DNA of 64,000 nucleotides from Candidatus Nealsonbacteria bacterium (GTDB lineage Bacteria; Patescibacteriota; Minisyncoccia; Minisyncoccales; JANBVM01): NCBI GenBank assembly GCA_026016225.1, contig CP061210.1, positions 517,882 to 581,881 of the forward strand, read 5' to 3'. Shown piece by piece: positions 19,025 to 26,582 of this stretch (position 1 is its first letter; each line of letters starts with the position of its first letter). The notes under the pieces were generated by a model. It saw only the letters and a program-made list of their open reading frames with translations, ran no database searches and was not told where the DNA came from. The position numbers and the translations under genes were made by a program.

Positions 19025-19200
19025 AAAATGCCCAGCGATGGGCTCTTTTTGATTAAATTTCTTTATCCTGAGCCTGCCAAACGGATTTATCCTAAGGACA
19101 TTCGGCTGAGCTCAGTCGAAGCACACGTCAAAGGGCTCAACTTCGGCCTAAACTTTGGAAAAAATAGAGTTGACACCATTTTCGATAATATCAACGCCTT
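19025..19200. repeat. Repeat A copy 2 (about 175 bp; carries an extra roughly 48 nt insert)
   Basis: Same conserved 5' block and AAAAAATAGAGTTGACACC 3' block as 15107..15200. Begins with terminator-like hairpin GCCCAgcgaTGGGC plus T-run. Confidence 0.6.
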
Positions 19201-19311
19201 CTATTTTCGGAAGTTGAATACTAAGAATTTTTTGAACTTTATCCATTTCTAATTTTTTTTAAAAATTCCCTGTCATCTCCAAACATTATTATCTGCACTA
19301 TTAAAACCTAT

Positions 19312-19875
19312 TTAATCAGGGTAGACATTTAATAATGTCTTCCAAGCTTCGTAAAGAGAGGTAATTTCTTTTTGTAATTCTGGTAATAAACCAATATCTC
19401 TATAATCTCTTTTGAGCTTTGCGAGAACGAAATCTTTTGAGTATTTTGAAGCCATGTCTATATAACAAAAGTCAGTCATGTGACTCACAGAATCAGCTGC
19501 TGCCAAAATCTTTGCTTCTAAGCTTTCTGGTTGAATGTCTTTACATCTGTGTGCTCTTACACAATGAGCAACCTTTTCGATTTTCTCAGGTACCATTCCT
19601 ATTGCTCTAAGAAAACGCTTTGCCTCAGCTTCAGACTTAACAGCGTGGTCGTCATTATCATCTCCAATTGCCTGTCCAATATCATGAAGCCATACAGATA
19701 ATAAAACCACTTTTTCATCTGCTTTTGGGTATTTTTGTAGAATTTTCTTTGCCCACCTTTCGGCTTCAGCAACATGTCTTGGAAGATAAGAGTATATAGG
19801 ATTTTTCTTCTTTTCAAAAGTTTCTAAAAAGTGAGTTTTTACTTTTTCTATAATCTCATTTTTCATATATCCCAT
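19312..19875 (-). CDS. HD-domain phosphohydrolase (copy 2, paralog of 8832..9395)
   Basis: 187 aa, differs from copy 1 at about 10 residues. Nested shadow ORFs are also duplicated. Confidence 0.7.
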   Translation of the reverse strand: MGYMKNEIIEKVKTHFLETFEKKKNPIYSYLPRHVAEAERWAKKILQKYPKADEKVVLLSVWLHDIGQAIGDDNDDHAVKSEAEAKRFLRAIGMVPEKIEKVAHCVRAHRCKDIQPESLEAKILAAADSVSHMTDFCYIDMASKYSKDFVLAKLKRDYRDIGLLPELQKEITSLYEAWKTLLNVYPD

Positions 19876-19881
19876 TCTACC

Positions 19882-19906
19882 AAAAAATCGCCCAAAGGGC
19901 GATTTT
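19882..19906. terminator. Palindromic element AAAAAATCGCCC-AAA-GGGCGATTTTT
   Basis: Perfect inverted repeat with A/T flanks. Same position relative to the HD gene start as in copy 1. Confidence 0.5.
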
Positions 19907-19943
19907 TATCTTGAATACTTGATTATCTATTTTCAAATTATAA

Positions 19944-20459
19944 TTATAGCTTTGAAGGTTTTCTTTCTAATGTTAAAAAAGAATATCTATATGGATTATT
20001 TTCATCTGCTTCGTAAGAGATTCTTTCTTTTTCTTCCCATTCTTCTATGTTAAATTCTGGAAAAAAGGCATCACCTTCAAAATCCCCCTCAATAGTAGTT
20101 AAATACATTCTGTCAGCTCTTGGTAAATATTGTTTATAGACTGAAGCTCCTCCACAAATCATTACTTCTTTAGTTCTTTTACCCAAAGGACTATTCTCCG
20201 CTAATAAAAGAGCTTCCTGTAAAGAATGGGCTATTTTACATCCAGGCGCTTTGTAATTAGGGTCTTTTGTTAAAACAATGTTGTCTCTACCTGGTAAAGT
20301 TTTACCAATTGACTCAAAGGTCACCGACCCCATAATGATTGGTTTGCCCGCTGTTAACTTCCGAAAATGCTCCATATCAGCCGATAAATTCCAGGGTAAA
20401 CGATTCTTATTCCCAATTACACGATTGTTGCCAATAGCTGCGATTATTGAAATTACCAT
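19944..20459 (-). CDS. folA: Dihydrofolate reductase
   Basis: 171 aa. N-terminal ISIIAAIGNNRVIGNKNRLPW and GKPIIMG motifs of DHFR. Confidence 0.85.
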   Translation of the reverse strand: MVISIIAAIGNNRVIGNKNRLPWNLSADMEHFRKLTAGKPIIMGSVTFESIGKTLPGRDNIVLTKDPNYKAPGCKIAHSLQEALLLAENSPLGKRTKEVMICGGASVYKQYLPRADRMYLTTIEGDFEGDAFFPEFNIEEWEEKERISYEADENNPYRYSFLTLERKPSKL

Positions 20460-20461
20460 AT

Positions 20462-21286
20462 TTAAACAGCCATTTTAGCCCTGATGACTCCATGGTGTTT
20501 GTAGTCAATCAGTTTAATATCTTCTAATTTAAAATCATCAATATTCCTAATTTCTTTATTTAACCATAATTTAGGAAGAGGAAGAGGTTTTCTTTTAAGT
20601 TGCTTCTTTACTTGCTCAAAATGATTATGATATATATGGGCATCTCCTAAAACATGGACAAATTCTCCAGGCGTTAAATCTGTGACTTGGCTTATCATAG
20701 AAAGTAAAAGTGAGTAAGAAGCAATATTAAATGGAACGCCTAAAAACATATCACAGCTTCTCTGGTACATCAAAAGGGAAAGTTTTTTGTCAGCCACAAA
20801 AAAGTGAAAAAAAAGATGGCAAGGTGGTAAAGCCATTTTATCTAATTCAGCCGGATTCCAAGCGCTTACAATCAACCTTCGGTTGTAAGGGTCTTTCTTT
20901 ATTTTTTCAATCACCTCAGCAATTTGGTCAATGGGCTTTTCAGAATAGGGAGATTTCCATCTTCTCCATTGGACTCCGTAAATGCGGCCCAAATCCCCCT
21001 CAAATCTTGCTTTTGGTTTCCAATAATCAGCATTTGCATTGGCATCCCAGATATGACAATCCATTTCCTGCAATTTTTTAATATCGCTAGTTCCCATTAA
21101 AAACCAAAGTAGTTCAGCTCTTACGGATTTGAAAGCTAATTTTTTAGTGGTTACTGCAGGAAAACCATCTTTAAGATTAAAACGCATTGGTAGACCGAAC
21201 ACTGCCCGGCTATCAATTCCAGTGCGATTTGGTTTATCCACCCCACTTTCCATTATGTATTTTAAAGCCTGAAGATATTGTTGCAT
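20462..21286 (-). CDS. thyA: Thymidylate synthase
   Basis: 274 aa. Conserved ThyA motifs (NRTGIDS, LPPCH active-site Cys region, DAHIYHNHF). Confidence 0.9.
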   Translation of the reverse strand: MQQYLQALKYIMESGVDKPNRTGIDSRAVFGLPMRFNLKDGFPAVTTKKLAFKSVRAELLWFLMGTSDIKKLQEMDCHIWDANANADYWKPKARFEGDLGRIYGVQWRRWKSPYSEKPIDQIAEVIEKIKKDPYNRRLIVSAWNPAELDKMALPPCHLFFHFFVADKKLSLLMYQRSCDMFLGVPFNIASYSLLLSMISQVTDLTPGEFVHVLGDAHIYHNHFEQVKKQLKRKPLPLPKLWLNKEIRNIDDFKLEDIKLIDYKHHGVIRAKMAV

Positions 21287-21287
21287 T

Positions 21288-22619
21288 TTAGTACTCTTTT
21301 TTGAGAAGAAAGTTTGAACAAAGGTTTTTTATCTTTTCTCTAATCCTTTTTATCTCTTCGCTTCTGGAAATAATCTCCTTTCTTATTTTAGATTTTTTCT
21401 CTTTTTCCAAAGAAATATCCATTTCTTTTTTTAAGCGAGAAATATCTTTTAAAACCCTAACCATTGAAACACCTATTTGTTTCATTTCTTCTTCTTTCAT
21501 TCCCCTGCTTGTTATCCCGGGAGTTCCCAATCTTAAACCAGAAGGATAAAATGGTGGATTAGGGTCGTCAGGAATTGCGTTTTTATTGGTTACAATTCCA
21601 GCTTGTTCTAAGGCTTCAGCAGCTGTATTTCCTAAGATTTCAAGATTTCTCAGGTCAATCATTATAAGATGGGTGTTGGTTCCACCAGCACAAAGGTTAA
21701 TCCCTTCTTCTCTTAAGGTCTCAGCTAACACTTTGGCATTTTTAACAACTTGCTTTCCATATTCAGCAAATTCAGGTTTTTGAGCTTCTTTTAAGGCCAC
21801 TGCAATGCCAGCAATGTTATTTTCATGAGGTCCTCCCTGAAGCCCCGGGAACACAGCCTTGTTAATTTTTTGGGGCAGTTGAGGATCTTTTTCAATTCCT
21901 TTGTCTGTTACCATAATCAAAGCGCCTCTTGGACCTCTGAGGGTTTTATGGGTTGTTGTGGTGATAATATGACAATATGGTACTGGATTGGGATAGGCTT
22001 CAGCTACAACTAAACCTGCAATATGAGCTATATCAGCCATTAAATAAGCTCCGCATTTTTCAGCGATATCAGAGAAACGAGAAAAGTCTAAAGCCATGGA
22101 ATGGGAGGTAATGCCTGCAATAATAATCCTGGGATTTTCTTTTGTGGCCATTCTTTCCATGGCTTCATAATCAATTAGACCGCCTTTATTTACTCCATAG
22201 AATATACTTTTGAAAAACCTTCCAGAAAAATTAATATTTAAGCCATGGCTGATATGTCCTCCCTGGTCTAATCTTAGTGCCATAATTTTATCTCCTGGTT
22301 CTAAAAGGGCAAAATAAACCGCATAATTAGCCGGGCTTCCAGAATGGGGTTGGACATTAACAAAAGGTACACCAAAAACTTTTTTAGCCCTTTCCTGGCA
22401 AAGTTCTTCTAATTTATCGAAGTTCTCCTGGCCCTGATAATAGCGTTTGTAGGGATAGCCTTCACAATATTTATCTTGTAGTATAGAGCCCACAGCTGTT
22501 CTTACAGCTTCAGAGCTATGATTCTCTGAAGGAATCATCATTAAGCTATTTTCCTGTCTCTCTATCTCTTTTTTTATAATTTCATCCATTTGAGGATCTG
22601 TTTTGTTTAGATATTCCAT
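21288..22619 (-). CDS. glyA: Serine hydroxymethyltransferase with C-terminal coiled-coil extension
   Basis: 443 aa. PLP-lysine region TTTTHKTLRGPRGALIM. About 40 aa KE-rich tail beyond the usual SHMT end. Confidence 0.9.
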   Translation of the reverse strand: MEYLNKTDPQMDEIIKKEIERQENSLMMIPSENHSSEAVRTAVGSILQDKYCEGYPYKRYYQGQENFDKLEELCQERAKKVFGVPFVNVQPHSGSPANYAVYFALLEPGDKIMALRLDQGGHISHGLNINFSGRFFKSIFYGVNKGGLIDYEAMERMATKENPRIIIAGITSHSMALDFSRFSDIAEKCGAYLMADIAHIAGLVVAEAYPNPVPYCHIITTTTHKTLRGPRGALIMVTDKGIEKDPQLPQKINKAVFPGLQGGPHENNIAGIAVALKEAQKPEFAEYGKQVVKNAKVLAETLREEGINLCAGGTNTHLIMIDLRNLEILGNTAAEALEQAGIVTNKNAIPDDPNPPFYPSGLRLGTPGITSRGMKEEEMKQIGVSMVRVLKDISRLKKEMDISLEKEKKSKIRKEIISRSEEIKRIREKIKNLCSNFLLKKEY

Positions 22620-22641
22620 ATAAAATATAGATTATATTCAA

Positions 22642-23397
22642 CTAAACTCCTCCGCCTCCTTTACGCCATTTAACCCCTTTTATTAAAGGTGAATAAAAGT
22701 CATCATCCCCCTTGATTCTTAAGGGGTCTTCTTTTAATGGTTCAGGTCTTTCAAAATCTATAAAACTAACATCTTCAATAATGGCAATGGGAGTTTGTTC
22801 GTTTCCCTCTCCTATCACTAAAACACCCGAAGAAGCTAAAGAATCAACCAGATTAGCCTGACTTATTTTGTATTTCCTACCAAAAACATCTTTTGTTTTT
22901 CGATAATCTTTTAAAGGATAAAAACCATAATAGCCGAGAGCAAAACCAATTGTTCCCCTTCTTGAAGGAACGCATCTGCTATCAGTGATAATAACACCAA
23001 AATCTTTCAGTCCATATTCTTTTTGAATAAAATCATAGATATCTCTTGCTGCCTTAAAAGGGTTCTTTGGCCACAAAATAAAATAACCTTTTCCATTACT
23101 TTCATCAATGCCAGCAGTAGGAACTAAAAGGTTATCTTTTATAGTAAGTATCACTCGTTTTCCTGGGATTTTTTCCCTTTCAAGGTAAAAATCTGCTTCT
23201 TTAGTAATTAATCCGTCTTTATTGTTAACTTTTTCTCTCAAAATACATCTTCCTTGCCAGATAGAAACTACTTTGGAGGTAATAATTATGACTGATTTTT
23301 CTTTTAATTCTATATCTAAAAAACCTTCTTTAATCAGAGAGAATAGATCGTCTTTGGGAGGAATAAAAAGTCTTGTTTTTACAGGCCTTATTATCAT
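22642..23397 (-). CDS. CofE-like F420-0:gamma-glutamyl ligase family protein (COG1478), candidate alternative folylpolyglutamate synthase
   Basis: 251 aa. TAGIDESN and ITDS motifs of the CofE fold. Sits immediately downstream of glyA/thyA/folA. Confidence 0.6.
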   Translation of the reverse strand: MIIRPVKTRLFIPPKDDLFSLIKEGFLDIELKEKSVIIITSKVVSIWQGRCILREKVNNKDGLITKEADFYLEREKIPGKRVILTIKDNLLVPTAGIDESNGKGYFILWPKNPFKAARDIYDFIQKEYGLKDFGVIITDSRCVPSRRGTIGFALGYYGFYPLKDYRKTKDVFGRKYKISQANLVDSLASSGVLVIGEGNEQTPIAIIEDVSFIDFERPEPLKEDPLRIKGDDDFYSPLIKGVKWRKGGGGV

Positions 23398-23445
23398 ATA
23401 CTTCCTTTTTAATATAATTGAATTAAAAAAACAAGATAAATAAAA

Positions 23446-23679
23446 TCAGTGATTTTCGAATTGTTTTGATTTTTCAATAATTTCTTTTTCTTTCTTTTTG
23501 CTAAAAATGAAAATATAAAGAATCTCTAATATAGCCAGGTCATTAAGCAGGAACAAGACTATAAACCACTTTTTATGGTTATTTCTGGCTGCTTTCCATA
23601 AAGCTACTCCTTTCCAAGGTAAAACCCACAAAATAATCAACAAAATCACCCATTGATTTTCTATTAAAAATTGCACCAT
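23446..23679 (-). CDS. Small membrane protein, hypothetical
   Basis: 77 aa, two hydrophobic helices. Confidence 0.35.
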   Translation of the reverse strand: MVQFLIENQWVILLIILWVLPWKGVALWKAARNNHKKWFIVLFLLNDLAILEILYIFIFSKKKEKEIIEKSKQFENH

Positions 23680-23742
23680 AATTTTTTATATTTTAAAATT
23701 AAACTTCCGAAATTTTAACTTTTTTCTTTCCTCCTATCTTTT

Positions 23743-23771
23743 AAAATAGCTCTATTTCTTAAAAAATTCAA
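23743..23771 (-). promoter_or_regulatory. Promoter-like motif TTGAAT-N17-TATTTT (conserved family)
   Basis: rc: TTGAAT tttttaagaaatagagc TATTTT, upstream of gene 23446..23679. Confidence 0.45.
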
Positions 23772-23877
23772 GAAAAAACCGCTAGTTCCCTCCCTCGTCC
23801 TTCCGTAGCTCCACCAGCTAGCGGAGATGAAAGAGAACCCTAACGGTTCTCTTCCATGTATTAAATATCGTACAATA

Positions 23878-24339
23878 CTAATAACTTTTGATACTGTCTA
23901 AAATCTTTCTCCCAAAAGCTTCTGCATTTTTTAGATCTTTTTTATTCGGTCTGCCTCTGTTAAAAATTCTAGGTCCAAAGTTTCCAACAATCCTACTCAA
24001 CCCTATACAAGAAAAGCCATCAATAAAAGAAATCCCCTTAGCTTCAAAATTTTCTTTTATAATTCTAAAAGTTCTTTTATCTCCGAAAGCATGCATAGTA
24101 CAAAAAGCTATTCCTTTTTTAGAAGACAAATTAGGTAGTTCTTTTAAAAATCTTCTTACGATTTTTGCCGGAGCAAAACTGTGAACAGGTGTTCCTAAAC
24201 ATATTAGATCATAGTTGGAAACGTCATCTGTTTTTGTCTCTTCAATTCTTTTTAAATCCGCCCCCAAACTCACAGCGATTGCTTTAGCAATCTTTTTAGT
24301 ATTACCGGTTTCAGAATAATAAATAACGATAGATTTCAT
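23878..24339 (-). CDS. Flavodoxin
   Basis: 153 aa. N-terminal IVIYYSETGNTKKIA FMN-phosphate binding loop. Confidence 0.7.
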   Translation of the reverse strand: MKSIVIYYSETGNTKKIAKAIAVSLGADLKRIEETKTDDVSNYDLICLGTPVHSFAPAKIVRRFLKELPNLSSKKGIAFCTMHAFGDKRTFRIIKENFEAKGISFIDGFSCIGLSRIVGNFGPRIFNRGRPNKKDLKNAEAFGRKILDSIKSY

Positions 24340-24353
24340 ATTCTTACTCTACC

Positions 24354-24379
24354 AAAAAATCGCCCCAAGGGCGATTTTT
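24354..24379. terminator. Palindromic element AAAAAATCGCCCC-AA-GGGCGATTTTT
   Basis: Same family, 15 nt upstream of the flavodoxin ATG, preceded by the CTCTACC box. Confidence 0.5.
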
Positions 24380-24398
24380 ATCCTCTAAACAAAGTTTA

Positions 24399-25172
24399 TT
24401 ATTTATAGACAGTCTTTGAACTAAAGCGGTCTTTAAGTTCTTGTTGACAGTCCTTACAGAGCATTATCTTATTTTTTTCCAGCATCTTTGCTAAATCTAA
24501 AACTTCTTTAACGTTCATAGATTGTTTCATACTGCATAAGTTTAAGCAGTGAGATTTATAGATACCTCCCCTGCTATCGGCGGAAGAAGATTCTCGTTGG
24601 ACAAGTCCAAGCAGATGCCCTGTTTCGTGCCTCCCCAGCTGCCTGAATGCAAGATTACGATCTTCTCGTTTTTTTATTCCTTCGAAGTAGTGTGTTGAGA
24701 ATAATAATGCAAATTTTTTACCTGTCTCTGGATGAGTAAGTGTATCTCCATAAACCGTTCTTTTAAAGGGGTAGTTAAATACAAAAGTATAAACACCTCT
24801 TGTTTTTTCCTGCAGCTTCAGAAGAGTAATACCTAATTTATCTAAATTAATTTTCTCAGTCTCCTCTGTGAAACTTTTTTTTGCCAGAACCTCAGCTAAA
24901 GAAACTTCTTTATCCTGCTTTAAAGCTCCCCCTGAACCAAAAATCTTTATAGCATCAGATTTGTCAACGAATTCTAAGATTTGCCTCATACCTCTAATTA
25001 TTTCACTCGCCGGTCCTTTTGCTTTCTCACAAAAAAAGAATTTTATCTCTCCTATTTCTTTTTCCTTTTCTTCTTCTCCTTCTTTAATTTCAGAAAAAAC
25101 TTCTTTTTTTTCTGGTGTTTTTTCTTTATGAGGAAAAAATTTTTCTCTATCTGGATTTGGCATATTTACCAA
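24399..25172 (-). CDS. Archaemetzincin-like zinc metallopeptidase (M54-like)
   Basis: 257 aa. HETGHLLGL followed by CLNLCSM and LCKDC, matching the archaemetzincin HExxHxxG...CxxxxCxM...CxxC architecture. Confidence 0.45.
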   Translation of the reverse strand: MVNMPNPDREKFFPHKEKTPEKKEVFSEIKEGEEEKEKEIGEIKFFFCEKAKGPASEIIRGMRQILEFVDKSDAIKIFGSGGALKQDKEVSLAEVLAKKSFTEETEKINLDKLGITLLKLQEKTRGVYTFVFNYPFKRTVYGDTLTHPETGKKFALLFSTHYFEGIKKREDRNLAFRQLGRHETGHLLGLVQRESSSADSRGGIYKSHCLNLCSMKQSMNVKEVLDLAKMLEKNKIMLCKDCQQELKDRFSSKTVYK

Positions 25173-25184
25173 AATTAATATTTA

Positions 25185-25463
25185 CTAAACTTTTTCTTTT
25201 TCTTTTTCTTTCCTTTTTTCTTTTATCTCTTTTAGCATTTTTTCTCTATCTTCCACTTTTTTCTTTACTACTCGCTCCACTTCCTTAAACTTAAACCCTT
25301 TTCCTGTCCTTATTCCTTTCATAGCCTCTGGTACTACTACACTTGCCTTGTAAGCTTTATATAGCTCTTTTTTTCTCTTTTTTTTTCCCTCTTCTTCTGT
25401 ATTCTTTTCTTTAATTCTTTCTTCCTCTTCTCTAAAATGCCCCCTTTCTGGCTTAAATGACAT
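25185..25463 (-). CDS. Hypothetical Lys/Glu-rich protein
   Basis: 92 aa, low complexity. Confidence 0.3.
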   Translation of the reverse strand: MSFKPERGHFREEEERIKEKNTEEEGKKKRKKELYKAYKASVVVPEAMKGIRTGKGFKFKEVERVVKKKVEDREKMLKEIKEKRKEKEKEKV

Positions 25464-25538
25464 ATTTATAAAAATAAATTAAATTATTTATAATTAATTT
25501 GACCTTTTTAATTTTTAAAATTGGATTTCTCTATCTTT

Positions 25539-25567
25539 AGAATAGCTCTATTTCTTAAAAAATTCAA
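25539..25567 (-). promoter_or_regulatory. Promoter-like motif TTGAAT-N17-TATTCT (conserved family)
   Basis: rc: TTGAAT tttttaagaaatagagc TATTCT, upstream of gene 25185..25463. Confidence 0.45.
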
Positions 25568-25613
25568 GCTAAATAAAAAAAGAGGTAAAAAATTCACCCC
25601 TTAAAAGAGTTAT

Positions 25614-26399
25614 TTATATACTTCCAAATTCTATAAACAAAGTATTTTGTGGCGACTTTCTAATTGTAACAACATCATCTTTTGACAGTTTTAACAGCTC
25701 ATCACCATCTATTACTATTCTCGCATCACCTTTTATTTTATTCACCTGAAGAACTGAATCCGCTGGTCTTACAAAATAAGATGATTTCTCTAAATCAACG
25801 GGAGAAACTATCGTTATAACAAACTGATCTTCTTTTACCAATATGGGTCCTCCGGCAGATCTATTGTAAGCTGTGGAACCTGTCCTGGTAGAAAAAATTA
25901 TTCCGTCTCCAAGTCTTTCTATTTTCTCTATTTTATCGATAATTACTTGAATAGATATCGGTCTTGTTCGAATTCTTTCTATTACTATATCATTAAGCGC
26001 ATCTGCTTTAATTGTATTCTGATTCGCTTTTGAATTAACTTCAGCCTCTATTCTTGTTCTGTTGGTAATTATATAATCATCATTTAATAATTTATTCAGT
26101 TTCTTGAATACTTCTTCTGGTTCTATATTACTCATAAAACCTACTTTTCCAAAATTAACCCTGGCAAGAGGTATCAATAGCCCCTGATTACATATCTTGT
26201 TAGCTGTATGAAGAACTAATCCGTCGCCACCAAAAGTCAAAATAAAGTCCAATTCTTTTCCCAATTTTTCCCAAGACTGATAATTAAAAACCTCGTGTCT
26301 CCGTTCTTTCAACCAATTATCGACCTCAAGAGCCAACTGACGAGCATTATCTTTTCTTTCATCAAATACTATCCCAATTCTTCTTTTCAACCTTATCAC
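25614..26399 (-). CDS. nadK: NAD+ kinase
   Basis: 261 aa. GGDGLVL (GGDG motif), NDIVIER and C-terminal DGDELLKL segments typical of PpnK/NadK. Confidence 0.85.
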   Translation of the reverse strand: MIRLKRRIGIVFDERKDNARQLALEVDNWLKERRHEVFNYQSWEKLGKELDFILTFGGDGLVLHTANKICNQGLLIPLARVNFGKVGFMSNIEPEEVFKKLNKLLNDDYIITNRTRIEAEVNSKANQNTIKADALNDIVIERIRTRPISIQVIIDKIEKIERLGDGIIFSTRTGSTAYNRSAGGPILVKEDQFVITIVSPVDLEKSSYFVRPADSVLQVNKIKGDARIVIDGDELLKLSKDDVVTIRKSPQNTLFIEFGSI

Positions 26400-26486
26400 T
26401 ATATTTTATTTTTAATTAAAGCTAAATCCAACTTAACAAAATCTTCCAAAAAAGTAAAATAAAAAATCGCCCAAAAAGCGATTTTT

Positions 26487-26515
26487 AAAATAATCCTATT
26501 TCTTAAAAAATTCAA
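26487..26515 (-). promoter_or_regulatory. Promoter-like motif TTGAAT-N17-TATTTT (conserved family)
   Basis: rc: TTGAAT tttttaagaaataggat TATTTT, upstream of nadK. Adjacent degenerate AAAAAATCGCCC...GCGATTTTT palindrome at 26462..26486. Confidence 0.4.
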
Positions 26516-26582
26516 AAAAAACCGCTCTTTTGGCGATTTTTTTTTGCTTCGACGGTTTTTTTACCTTATCTATCACACAATA

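Noticed and set aside
19028-19252. 74-aa plus-strand ORF
   Set aside because: Lies entirely within Repeat A copy 2 and the terminator hairpin. Low-complexity translation with no SD. Judged non-coding.
23777-23860. Sequence ...GTAGCTCCACCAGCTAGCGG resembling the GCUCCACCA 3' end of tmRNA
   Set aside because: The match is only the 9-mer. It sits inside a simple hairpin (CCGCTAG...CTAGCGG) with no upstream tRNA-like domain, tag-peptide reading frame or pseudoknots. Interpreted as an intergenic hairpin/terminator.
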